DNA of 64,000 nucleotides from an uncultured Planctomycetota bacterium (GTDB lineage: Bacteria; Planctomycetota; Planctomycetia; Isosphaerales; Isosphaeraceae). Shown in pieces: positions 52,201-61,631 of the stretch. Within the stretch, counting starts at the first letter, position 1. Every line of letters starts with the position of its first letter. A program made the position numbers and the translations under genes. The stretch is from the NCBI GenBank assembly GCA_963823665.1, contig CAWGMQ010000011.1, positions 704,001-768,000 on the forward strand. Direction: 5' to 3'. The notes under the pieces were generated by a model, which saw only the letters and a list, made by a program, of their open reading frames with translations, was not told where the DNA came from and did not search any database.

Positions 52201-54085
52201 GACGACGCGTGCGTTGCTGTCGGAGCGTGCGGTGCAGGATGACAACTACGCTCCCCGCCAAGCCGCAGTTCAGGCGTTGGCCGCGAAGTGGCCCGACGAG
52301 ACGACGCGTGCGTTGCTTTTGGAGCGTGCTGTGCAGGATGACAACAACGGTCCCCGCCAAGCTGCGGTTGAGGCGTTGGCCGCGAAGTGGCCCGACGAGA
52401 CGACACGTGCGTTGCTGTCGGAGCGGGCGGTGCAGGATGCCAACTACGATCTCCGCCAAGCGGCGGTTCGGGCCTTGGCCGCGAAGTGGCCCGACGAGAC
52501 GACGCGAGCCCAGTTCGCCAAGTGGACGACCGAGGCGGCAGCGCCCGATGTACGCAGCGCTGCGGTTCAGGCGTTGGCCGCGAAGTGGCCCGACGAGACG
52601 ACGCGTGCGTTGCTGTCGGAGCGGGCTGTGCAGGATGACAACGGCGGTCCCCGCCAAGCCGCGGTTCGGGCGTTGGCCGATAAGTGGCCCGACGAGACGA
52701 CGCGTGCCCTACTGACGCAGCGTGCGGTGCAGGATGACAACTACCCTCCCCGCCGAGCCGCGGTTCAGGCGTTGGCCGATAAGTGGCCCGACGAGACGAC
52801 GCGAGCCCAGTTCGCCAAGTGGACGACCGAGGCGGCAGCGCCCGATGTACGCAGCGCTGCGGTTCAGGCGTTGGCCGCGAAGTGGCCCGACGAGACGACG
52901 CGTGCGTTGCTTTTGGAGCGGGCTGTGCAGGATGACAACTACGCTCCCCGCCAAGCCGCAGTTCGGGCGTTGGCCGAGAAATGGCCCGACGAGACGACGC
53001 GCGCCCTGCTGATGGAGCGTGCCGTGCAGGATGACCACCGCGCTCCCCGCCAAGCTGCGGTTGAGGCGTTGGCCGATAAGTGGCCCGACGAGACGACACG
53101 TGCGTTGCTGTCGGAGCGGGCGGTGCAGGATGCCAACTACGATCTCCGCCAAGCGGCGGTTCGGGCCTTGGCCGCGAAGTGGCCCGACGAGACGACGCGT
53201 GCGTTGCTTTTGGAGCGGGCTGTGCAGGATGACAACTACGCTCCCCGCCAAGCTGCGGTTGAGGCGTTGGCCGCGAAGTGGCCCGACGAGACGACGCGTG
53301 CGTTGCTGTCGGAGCGGGCTGTGCAGGATGACAACAACGGTCCCCGCCAAGCTGCGGTTGAGGCGTTGGCCGCGAAGTGGCCCGACGAGACGACGCGTGC
53401 GTTGCTGTTGGAACGGGCTGTGCAGGATGCCAACTACGATCTCCGCCAAGCGGCGGTTCGGGCCTTGGCCGCGAAGTGGCCCGACGAGACGACGCGAGCC
53501 CAGTTCGCCAAGTGGACGACCGAGGCGGCAGCGCCCGATGTACGCAGCGCTGCGGTTCAGGCGTTGGCCGCGAAGTGGCCCGACGAGACGACGCGTGCGT
53601 TGCTTTTGGAGCGGGCTGTGCAGGATGACAACTACGCTCCCCGCCAAGCCGCAGTTCGGGCGTTGGCCGAGAAATGGCCCGACGAGACGACGCGCGCCCT
53701 GCTGATGGAGCGTGCCGTGCAGGATGACCACCGCGCTCCTCGCCGCGCAGCGCTTGAGGCGTTGGCCGCGAAGTGGCCCGACGAGGCGACTCGCGCCTTG
53801 CTGGCCCAGCGGGTTGTCCAGGATCCGGACGATCAGGTGCGAGGCCTCGCCTTTTCCGCGTTGGCCAGGACCCACTCCCCGATTGGCCGCATCCTGCCGA
53901 CACGAGACTTGGATGGCGTGGGCCCGTATCTCGATCCACTGCAACCGATTCCACTTGACAATATCCGAAAGGCCGCCAAAAGGCTCAGCATCCACCCCGA
54001 CGAAATCGACGCCCAGGTCGCGTCGCTCTCGGCGCACTTGGGTTGGGATATCACCCGCGGCGCGAAGCCATCGGGTAAAGAATAG
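49243..54085 (+). CDS. NLR-like STAND protein: DUF4062-like N-terminus - NACHT - HEAT-like repeats (~1610 aa); frameshifts near 49850 and 51500
   Basis: VFLASPGDVPAER..FGSP..SGTEEEF; Walker A GDPGSGKS; Walker B LLLDGLDE; LTSR; GNPLLL; FVHRTFLEYF; WREV; three overlapping ORFs form one continuous architecture. Confidence 0.85.
51794..53872 (+). repeat. 21 x 99-bp (33-aa) tandem repeat array
   Basis: unit WPDETTRALLxERAVQDDNxxPRQAAVxALAxK; tggcccgacgagacgacgcg recurs every 99 bp. Confidence 0.95.
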
Positions 54086-54209
54086 CTCAGAAGCAATCCT
54101 ACCAGAAAGGAACGCGAACTCGGCGAGTGAGCGCGCGAATCCAACCGGACCGGAACGCAACGGATACGGATCGCACACACCGCCCGCCATGCCCCGCCCC
54201 CAAATCCCA

Positions 54210-54238
54210 TTGAGCTTGGACCACCGCCCCGCTAAGCT
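54210..54238 (+). promoter_or_regulatory. candidate sigma70 promoter TTGAGC-N17-TAAGCT (second copy at 54915-54943)
   Basis: 17-bp spacing; conserved in both duplicated copies. Confidence 0.5.
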
Positions 54239-54276
54239 GACGTGTGTCGCCGTCGCGGCAATGGAGTCCAGCCGCC

Positions 54277-54879
54277 ATGCAAACTCAACTCGTCATGATG
54301 CTGATCCTGGCTTCAACCGCTCAGTTGAAAGCAGACGACAGGCCCCGTCCCGAGCCTCCGCGCGTCTGGCCGGTGACTACCATCCACTTCCGGACCGCTG
54401 GCGAAACTCACGCCCTCACGCTCGAAATGCCACCGCCGGCTGCCGCGGACGCCGAGGACGACGATCCGCCTCCCGCACAGCCGGTCGGGCGTTTCAATTT
54501 GAATACCGCCATGCTGGATCGCGACAACTTCGACCGCTGGCTCTTCCCCCGCGAGCTCTCGGAACGCGCCCGGTACGATCATTTGAAGGAAATCCTCGAT
54601 GCAAGGATCGTTGTCGTGGCCCAGGCGAACAAGCTGACAGACCACGAGCGCGCCAAACTCCGTCTCGCCGGACGCGGAGACATCAAGCGATTCTTTGATG
54701 AAGTCCAGAAGCGGAAGGATCAGTTCGAGATTGACAGAAAGTCTTTCAACACCGGCCTCGCAACCCTGCGCCGCCTCGACGAGCTCTCGCCAACCTACCG
54801 GGACGGCCCCTTCGGCGCTGACTCGCTCTTCGTGAAGATACTTCATAAAATCAGGAACGACCGGCAGACTGGCGGTTAG
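54277..54879 (+). CDS. secreted hypothetical protein, copy 1
   Basis: signal peptide; KLRLAGRGDIKRFFD motif; SD GGAG. Confidence 0.8.
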   Translation: MQTQLVMMLILASTAQLKADDRPRPEPPRVWPVTTIHFRTAGETHALTLEMPPPAAADAEDDDPPPAQPVGRFNLNTAMLDRDNFDRWLFPRELSERARYDHLKEILDARIVVVAQANKLTDHERAKLRLAGRGDIKRFFDEVQKRKDQFEIDRKSFNTGLATLRRLDELSPTYRDGPFGADSLFVKILHKIRNDRQTGG

Positions 54880-54981
54880 CGCCGGCGGTCCCACATTGGC
54901 ACCCCCCAATCTCATTGAGCTTCGACCACCGCCCCGCTAAGCTGACGTGTGTCGCCGTTGCGGCAATGGAGTCCAGCCGCC

Positions 54982-55575
54982 ATGCAAACTCAACTCGTCA
55001 TGATGTTGATCCTGACTTCAACCGCTCAGTTGAGAGCAGACGAGAGGCCCCGTCCCGAGCCTCCACTCGTCTTGCCGGTGACCACCATCCACGTCCGGAC
55101 CGCTGGCGAAACTCACGAGCTCACGCTCGAAATGCCGGCGCCGGACGACGAGGGCGACGATCCGCCTCCCGCACAGCCCGTCGGGCGCTTCAATTGGAAT
55201 ATGGCGATGCTGGATCGCGACAACTTCGACCGCTGGCTGTTCCCACACGAGCAATCGGAAACCGCGCGGCAGGAGCATTTGAGGGACATACTCGACGCCA
55301 AGATCGGTGTCGCAGCTTCGGCGCACAAGCTGACGGATCTAGAGCGCGCCAAGCTCCGTCTCGCCGGACGGGGAGACATCAAGCGATTCTTCGATGAAGT
55401 CCAGAAGAGGAAGGATCAGTTCGAGACCGACAGAAAAAACTTCAATACCGGCCTTGAGGCGCTGCGCCGTCTTGACGCGCTCTCGCCAACCTACCGGGAT
55501 GGTCCCTTCGGCCCTGGCTCGCTCTTCGCCAAGACACTCCACAAGATCGACAACGACCGCAAGACTGGCCGATAG
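54982..55575 (+). CDS. secreted hypothetical protein, copy 2 (tandem duplicate)
   Basis: highly similar to copy 1, including upstream DNA; offset 705 bp. Confidence 0.8.
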   Translation: MQTQLVMMLILTSTAQLRADERPRPEPPLVLPVTTIHVRTAGETHELTLEMPAPDDEGDDPPPAQPVGRFNWNMAMLDRDNFDRWLFPHEQSETARQEHLRDILDAKIGVAASAHKLTDLERAKLRLAGRGDIKRFFDEVQKRKDQFETDRKNFNTGLEALRRLDALSPTYRDGPFGPGSLFAKTLHKIDNDRKTGR

Positions 55576-55747
55576 CACCCGCAGACCCTCATTGCGGTCG
55601 CGTGCACGACCCGTTAGATTCACGCATGCCTCAAATGCGCGTGTGCGATAAACGTCGACGGCCGGGCCTGCGCCGTGACCCGGCTGAAGGTTCATCCGCG
55701 GCTCTCGCCGGTGTCAACGCCCAAGACGAATAAGAGGATGTGCACAC

Positions 55748-57253
55748 ATGGCGCAGCGGGGCAATGCCAATGTCCAATTCGAGGGCCAGACCATCGACGA
55801 GATGGTCGCGGCGTTCATGAAGGAACACCGCATCCCGGGAATGACCCTGGCAATCGTGCAAGCCCCGTACATCCCGCGCGTAGTGGGGTACGGCGTCTCC
55901 GACGTCGAGAAAGGGCTGCTGGCTTCGCCGAAGACGCTGTGGAACGTCGGCCAGATCACGCAGGCCTACACGGCCGTCGCGATCATGCAGCTCGTCGAAG
56001 AGGACAAGCTCGCCTTGGATGATCCTGTCAGCCGGCACCCCCCGAGCTTACCGGGCCCTTGGCAAGGCATCACGGTGCGGCAGCTCATGGCCCACGCCTC
56101 CGGGTTGCCCGACTACACCAGGCAGCCGTCCTTTCAGCCCGCTCGCGAGTACACTCCCGACCAGGTGATCGCCTTGGTCAAGGACATTCCCCTGGCCTTC
56201 ACGCCCGGCACGCGCGTCGAAAACAGCGCCACCAACTTCTTCCTGCTCGGGCTGGTCGTCGAGCGTGCAAGCGGAATGAGCTACGAGGAGTTCGTCACCA
56301 AGCACCAGATCGAGCGCCTCGGGCTGAAGAACACGTTGTTTCCCTCCAAACTCGCCCAAATCAAGTCGGAAGGGCTCGAACCCGGTTCGGCCAAGCACCA
56401 GAAGTTTCTGAGCGAGCGGCCCTACATCGACCCTACGGAGCTGGCCACGGGTTACACCGAGAAAGACGGCAAGATCACACCGGTTCCACGCAACAGTCAG
56501 AGCGCCTGGTATGCGAGCGGCGCGATACTCGCCTCGGCCGAGGATATCAGCCTCTGGGACATCGGGCTCGCGGGTAACCTGCTCGTCCGCAAAAAGGAAA
56601 ACCGCGACTTCCTCTATCATGGCATCGCGCTCAGCGACGGGACGAAGGTCCCGGCGCATTGCGGTTGGCGATTCCCGGGGCGCCCGGGGCTCATGGACGT
56701 CCGAGGAAATGTGCCCGGGTTCTCGTGCTACCTGAGCCGGCTCACGGTCGATCTCGTCTGTGTCACATTATGCGCGAACAAGGAAGGAGTAGACCTCACC
56801 GAGCTAGGAAGGCGCATCGCCGGGGCGTTCGACCGCGCGCTGGGGCCGCCGGTCAGCCCCAAGGTGATGACCTGCCTCGAAAGCTGCTTTCCCGTCGCGA
56901 CGACCGCCGACCGCCTGGCCGAGTTTCTCCGGACCAACGGCGTCGAAGTCGTCGCACGCATCGACCACGCCGCCGCGGCCCGGAAAAAGGGATTGGCAAT
57001 GAGACCCACGGAAGTGCTCATCTTCGGCAACCCATCCCTCGGCACGCACCTGATGCTCAGCCGGCCCAGCGTGGCACTCGACCTGCCGCTGCGCGTTGCG
57101 GTCTGGCAGGAGGTAGACGGAACCGTGTGGGCGGGCTATCACGATGTTTCCGACCTCGCCAGCGGCCACGGGATCACCGACCGCGCGGAGACGCTCGAAG
57201 CGATGAAGTCCGGCCTGACCGCCGCGCTCGCCCATGCCACCGCGCCATATTAG
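55748..57253 (+). CDS. beta-lactamase/PBP-fold protein fused to DUF302
   Basis: IPGMTLAIV, ITVRQLMAHASGLPDY, LAFTPG; C-terminal RIDHAAAA..VLIFGNP.LGT.LM..LDLPLRV. Confidence 0.85.
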   Translation: MAQRGNANVQFEGQTIDEMVAAFMKEHRIPGMTLAIVQAPYIPRVVGYGVSDVEKGLLASPKTLWNVGQITQAYTAVAIMQLVEEDKLALDDPVSRHPPSLPGPWQGITVRQLMAHASGLPDYTRQPSFQPAREYTPDQVIALVKDIPLAFTPGTRVENSATNFFLLGLVVERASGMSYEEFVTKHQIERLGLKNTLFPSKLAQIKSEGLEPGSAKHQKFLSERPYIDPTELATGYTEKDGKITPVPRNSQSAWYASGAILASAEDISLWDIGLAGNLLVRKKENRDFLYHGIALSDGTKVPAHCGWRFPGRPGLMDVRGNVPGFSCYLSRLTVDLVCVTLCANKEGVDLTELGRRIAGAFDRALGPPVSPKVMTCLESCFPVATTADRLAEFLRTNGVEVVARIDHAAAARKKGLAMRPTEVLIFGNPSLGTHLMLSRPSVALDLPLRVAVWQEVDGTVWAGYHDVSDLASGHGITDRAETLEAMKSGLTAALAHATAPY

Positions 57254-57576
57254 CTCGAGTGAAATGCTCGGATGCCGGTTGCGCTCGTAGAATCGACGAC
57301 GGTCGCTTTCCTCGTAGGGTCCGCCCCGACCGTCCGCCCCGCAATGCCATCCCCGCAAGAAGCCCGACCTGCCTCTCCGCAGCGCATCAGCGGTGTCACG
57401 AAGCGCTCGATGCGTTACGATACATGTGTCGGTAACGTAATCAGCGTAAGAAGATTTCAAGTACCCTCACAACCGGAGCTAAGCGTTGCCCACTTGGTGG
57501 CCCTTCCGAAAATCCCCACCACCCCCTCGCCCCGCTCCACTCGACGCGACGGCAATCGTCCGCCGAGCGCCGTCGC

Positions 57577-58420
57577 TTGCGCTTCCGCGTCAAGCCCGGC
57601 GCCGTCTCGCAGCTCGCCGGTGCCTACCATGGCGCCCGGCCGGGGATCGGCCTCACCTTCGCTGAGCTTCGCGCCTACGAGCCCGGCGATGACGTCCGCC
57701 ACATCGACTGGAACGTCACCGCCCGCCAGGGCCGGCCGTTCGTGCGCCGCTACGTCGAAGAACGCGCGCTGTCGCTGTGGCTCGTGGTGGATGTCTCCGC
57801 CAGCATGCGGTTCGGCCTCGAGCGGGCCACCAAGGCCGATCGCGCCGCCCAGGCCGCCGCTCTTCTCGCCACCGCCGCCGTGCAGAACGGAGACCGGGTC
57901 GGCCTGGCCTTGGTCAGCGATCGCATCGAGCTCGAGCTGGCCCCAGCCGGCGGCGTGCGACACCTCTCCCAGTTGGTCCGCGCTCTTGTCGCCACGCCCA
58001 CCACTTCCCCCGGCACCAAGCTCAGTATCGGACTGGCAAGAGTCCGCCGCACCGCCCGGCGGGCCATGCTCGTCGTGATCAGCGACTTCGTGAGCGAAGA
58101 GCCCTCGCTCACCTGGCGCCGCGCCGCCCGGCGCCACGATACGATCGCCATTCGCGTCGTCGATCCCCGCGAAACCAAGCTGCCCGACGCCGGTATCCTT
58201 TCTCTCGAGGACGTCGAGCGCGGCAAGAAACGCTTCGTCGACTCAAGCTCGCGCCGCCTCCGCCGCGACTATGCAAAGGCAGCGGTCGATCGCACCAGTC
58301 GTTCCAGCGCTGGTGCGGCAACTCCGGCATCGAGCCGTTCACGATGATGACGGACTCGGATCCGATCATACCGTTGATCGAGCTGTTCTCACGACGCAAC
58401 ACGCGCCGGGGTGGCTTGTG
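57577..58420 (+). CDS. DUF58 (MoxR-associated, vWA-like) protein; frameshift near 58295, start probably further upstream
   Basis: FAELRAYEPGDDVRHIDWNVTAR, VDVSASM, VISDF. Confidence 0.85.
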
Positions 58421-59000
58421 AAGCGAGCCGACCGCGCGATCTCTGGTCCCGCCGCGACCGAATCTGGGCCCGGAGCCCTGGTCGAAATCCCCGGCCGCGG
58501 TCGCACCTGGCTCGTCGTCCCGGCGCTGTTCGCGCTCGTCGCAGCGTGGCTCGCCTGGAGGATCGTGTCGCGCTCGGCGCACGAGGTCGCCTCAAGAAGC
58601 TGTCTCGCTCGAGCCGCTCGACCAATCGCCGCGCGGCCGTCTGGTCGCTCTCTCGTCCTCCGCAAAAACCGCGCTCGCCGCACGTTTTGGCCCCGCGCTG
58701 GCGCGCCAAGACAACCGAGGAACTTGCGGTTGAGCCCGCGCTCGCGGAGCTGCTCGGCCCGGATCTGCTCCGTGAGCTGATCGAGTTCCTCGACCGGACC
58801 GATCGCCTCAAATTCGCCCCGCACCGGTCCAACCAGGCCGGCCGGTCGCTCGAGGAAGAGCTCGCCGCATGGGACCCGCGCGTCGCCGGCTTGATCGGCA
58901 AGATCGGCGCGAGATCCAACGGTCGTCCGGACAAGCACGCTCAGCGCGCAGCGCGGCTCCTGCTTCACCAGCCCGATGATCGCCCGCGGCTGAGGCGGAG
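58417..59000 (+). CDS. membrane protein following DUF58 (frameshifted; end approximate)
   Basis: TM WLVVPALFALVAAWLAW, then TTEEL...FLDRTDRLKFA in another frame. Confidence 0.5.
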
Positions 59001-59016
59001 ACCCGTACGCTCGCCT

Positions 59017-60180
59017 TCACGGATTCAGCTCACTTCTCTTGAACTGCACCGCGAGTATGTCGGAACGGTAAGGGCCTGTTCGCAGGCGGATGCGCCACGT
59101 CATCTCGTCGCCGAGGCGATCCTCGCTCACTGGCTCACTCGTTACCAGGGTCTCCGCGCTTTCACCCGGTTTCAGGTCCGGGAACTCCTGACCCACGATC
59201 AGCCACTCACTCTCGACGGCCAGCGGATAAAGCTCGATCCTGCCCCCGTTCGGGGTAGCAACGAACGACCGGTCCAGCGCCGATCCTGCATCCCGGATCA
59301 GTGTCCTCGCCAGCGGCGTGAGCGAGTAATTACTGGACAGGTTGGTCAGCTTGAATCTCAGAACGAGTGAGCTCATCTCCTCGAGGCGATACTCGGCCGG
59401 CTCGATCTTGCGCTCGAGCTCCGCGGGTCCGAATGAAACCGAGAGCGGCGTGATGTCAACGTCGCCGATTCGAATCGTCTGGCCGACCAGCGCGACGTTT
59501 GCCGGCGGAATGGGCGGAAGCTCGACCTTTGCTGCGGCATCAGCGGTTTTCGCGGCCCGCGGATCGTCCACCCGGGCGCGCGTCGTCCCGGCCCCGCTCT
59601 TCGGCCGGATGGATCGCGCGCCCCGACCAGAGCACCCAGCCCAGTCCCAGCGTGACCGCGCTGGAATAGCTCAGTAACAGAAGCTGCATCCAGATGCCGC
59701 GGCCGTCGCCGGCGCTCTCGTCGTCATCCGAGCCCGAGTCCACCCGGCGAATCTCGCCCGTCCGGTGCGGCGCCGGGATGGCGTCTCCTGAACGCCGAGG
59801 CCCGCTCGAGCTCGCACGCGAGCGGCCCGCGCCCCCCTTGAAAAGCGAGAGGAGCTTGCCCCACCCGCTCCCGCGGATCGAATGCTCGCCCGAGCCGTGC
59901 CGCACGCCTTGGAAGATCTCCGCCGTCGCCGGATCCAGCGCTTTCTCCGCGGCGGCTGGGTCATTCGAATGGAGCGCCGGGTCCGGGTGGAAGTCAGGCC
60001 CGGAGAGCTGCAAGTCAAGATCGTCGACGCACGAGTCGAAAACCATTTCGTCAAGGTCCAATTCCGGTGACTTCTCAGGCTCCGCCCCACCCTTCGCGCT
60101 CGCCCCCGCTCGGCGGCGTTCGCGCCTGATCCGGGTGCGGGGTCGGCAATGGTTTTTCTCGGATTTCCGACGACATCTTC
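59017..60180 (-). CDS. single-TM hypothetical protein, multiply frameshifted (start approximate)
   Basis: ORFs 59540-60061 (TM LLLLSYSSAVTLGLGWVLW) and 59017-59571 appear contiguous. Confidence 0.55.
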
Positions 60181-60310
60181 CTCACCACGAGTTCCAAACG
60201 CACCGCTCAGGCAGGAAAAATCGGCCAGGAAAAGAGGGGTGCCATCAATCACATCATGATCGTTTTACCGCTCAGGAATCAATCCCCGTCCGCCGCCGTG
60301 TTCTCCCGCT

Positions 60311-61102
60311 TCATCCGCGCCGCCGGAACCACACGGTCGTGCCGGCGCCCGCAGTGAGCTGCCGCCCGGCATCACCATTGACCACCGCCACCTCCACCCA
60401 GCCTGCGCTGCCGACCAGCGCGATCAGCGTTCCCGTCGGACGCTCGCCGTAAGTTCGCAGAACGCCCGTGATCCGCTCGCCGGCAATCTCGATTTCCCAA
60501 TCACCACGCGATGTTTCGCCCAGGTACTCCGCGTTGATATTCGTTATCAGGTTGCCGAACGTGTCGCGAAAAATCACTTCGCCCACGAATCCGCGCTCGT
60601 CAGCCGTCGGCTCGAAATTCCTGAGCTTGATGAATTGATCTCGGCTTGGGCCGAGCAACGCCGGATCCCCCCCGCGCAGCAAATGCGCGGCCGCCGGCGC
60701 CAGGATGTCACGCCCGTGGAATGTCGCCGAGACGATCGAACGCTGCAGCGCCGGGTTGGTAAGCTCCCAGATCCCGCCCGATGCTCGCCCCCGCGCCACC
60801 CCCGTGATCAGCCCGTTGTCCGGCAGCACGAACCACTGCTCGGCGAACATGGCCGCGATCAACCGCCGCTCCGTGCCCACTCCCGGGTCCACGACGACAA
60901 GGTGCACCGTCCCCTTCGGAAAGACATCGACAACCCCCGCCAGGATGAAGCCCCCCTCCAGAATATTCTGCGGCGAAATCGTGTGACACACGTCGACGAG
61001 CTGCGTTCCCGGAGCCAGCTCGAGCAACACACCCTTGAGGGCGGCGACGTACGACCCGGTCAAGCCGAAATCAGTCGTCAGGGTCAATATCCGCTGTTCC
61101 AT
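60311..61102 (-). CDS. DUF62 family SAM hydroxide adenosyltransferase (SAM hydrolase)
   Basis: LTTDFG, VVDPGVGTERR, PDNG, SATFHGRDI, DTFGNLITN. Confidence 0.9.
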   Translation of the reverse strand: MEQRILTLTTDFGLTGSYVAALKGVLLELAPGTQLVDVCHTISPQNILEGGFILAGVVDVFPKGTVHLVVVDPGVGTERRLIAAMFAEQWFVLPDNGLITGVARGRASGGIWELTNPALQRSIVSATFHGRDILAPAAAHLLRGGDPALLGPSRDQFIKLRNFEPTADERGFVGEVIFRDTFGNLITNINAEYLGETSRGDWEIEIAGERITGVLRTYGERPTGTLIALVGSAGWVEVAVVNGDAGRQLTAGAGTTVWFRRRG

Positions 61103-61115
61103 CGCTCCTCCAGGA

Positions 61116-61466
61116 TCAAGGGACCGCAGCCTCATAGACAGCCGTGACCCGCGCGGTGATTCCCCCGCGCGCATTGAACTGCCCCATGACTCTCATTCGC
61201 CTGGGACGGCAGCTCGCCGTCAGATCATCGAGTATCGTGTTCACCACGTGCTCGTAGAAAATGCCCCGATTGCGAAAATCGAACAAGTACAGCTTCAAGC
61301 TCTTCAGCTCGAGACAGGCCGCCGCGGGCACGTACTGGATCACGATCGTGCCGAAATCGGGCTGCCCCGTCTTGGGGCACACCGCAGTAAACTCCGGGCA
61401 AGTGATCTCGATTTCGTACTCTCGCCTCGGAAACTCGTTCGCAAAAGTCTCGACCGCCGAAGGCAT
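61116..61466 (-). CDS. queF: NADPH-dependent preQ0 reductase (unimodular)
   Basis: PEFTAVCPKTGQPDF, ELKSLKLYL, FNARGGI. Confidence 0.95.
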   Translation of the reverse strand: MPSAVETFANEFPRREYEIEITCPEFTAVCPKTGQPDFGTIVIQYVPAAACLELKSLKLYLFDFRNRGIFYEHVVNTILDDLTASCRPRRMRVMGQFNARGGITARVTAVYEAAVP

Positions 61467-61631
61467 CGCGTTACTCCATCTCTTCCTGTTGGCCCGCAGC
61501 TCCCGCTCCCAATTGCTATTCTAGTCGAGTATGGTATCGGCTCGGAAGTTCCCTGGCTTTCGCTTCCGCGCGCACACACACCCGCGTGCTGCCTCGCAAC
61601 ACACTCTTTTCTCCTTCCAAGGATCGCTCAA

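Noticed and set aside
51794..53872. CRISPR array or true TAL effector
   Set aside because: Units are contiguous in-frame coding repeats with no unique spacers or cas genes; there is no TALE consensus (LTPxQVVAIAS...GGKQAL).
51751..54190. Long alternative-frame and antisense ORFs over the repeat array (also over the WD40 array and kinases, e.g. 28477-30837 and 13440-15533)
   Set aside because: Shadow ORFs caused by high GC and repeat periodicity.
60311..61102. SAM-dependent fluorinase/chlorinase
   Set aside because: The Asp-Arg-His set (VDPG..R, TFHGRD) is typical of DUF62 hydrolases, and no biosynthetic cluster is nearby.
61467..61631. preQ1 riboswitch upstream of queF
   Set aside because: No recognisable preQ1-I stem with A-rich tail.
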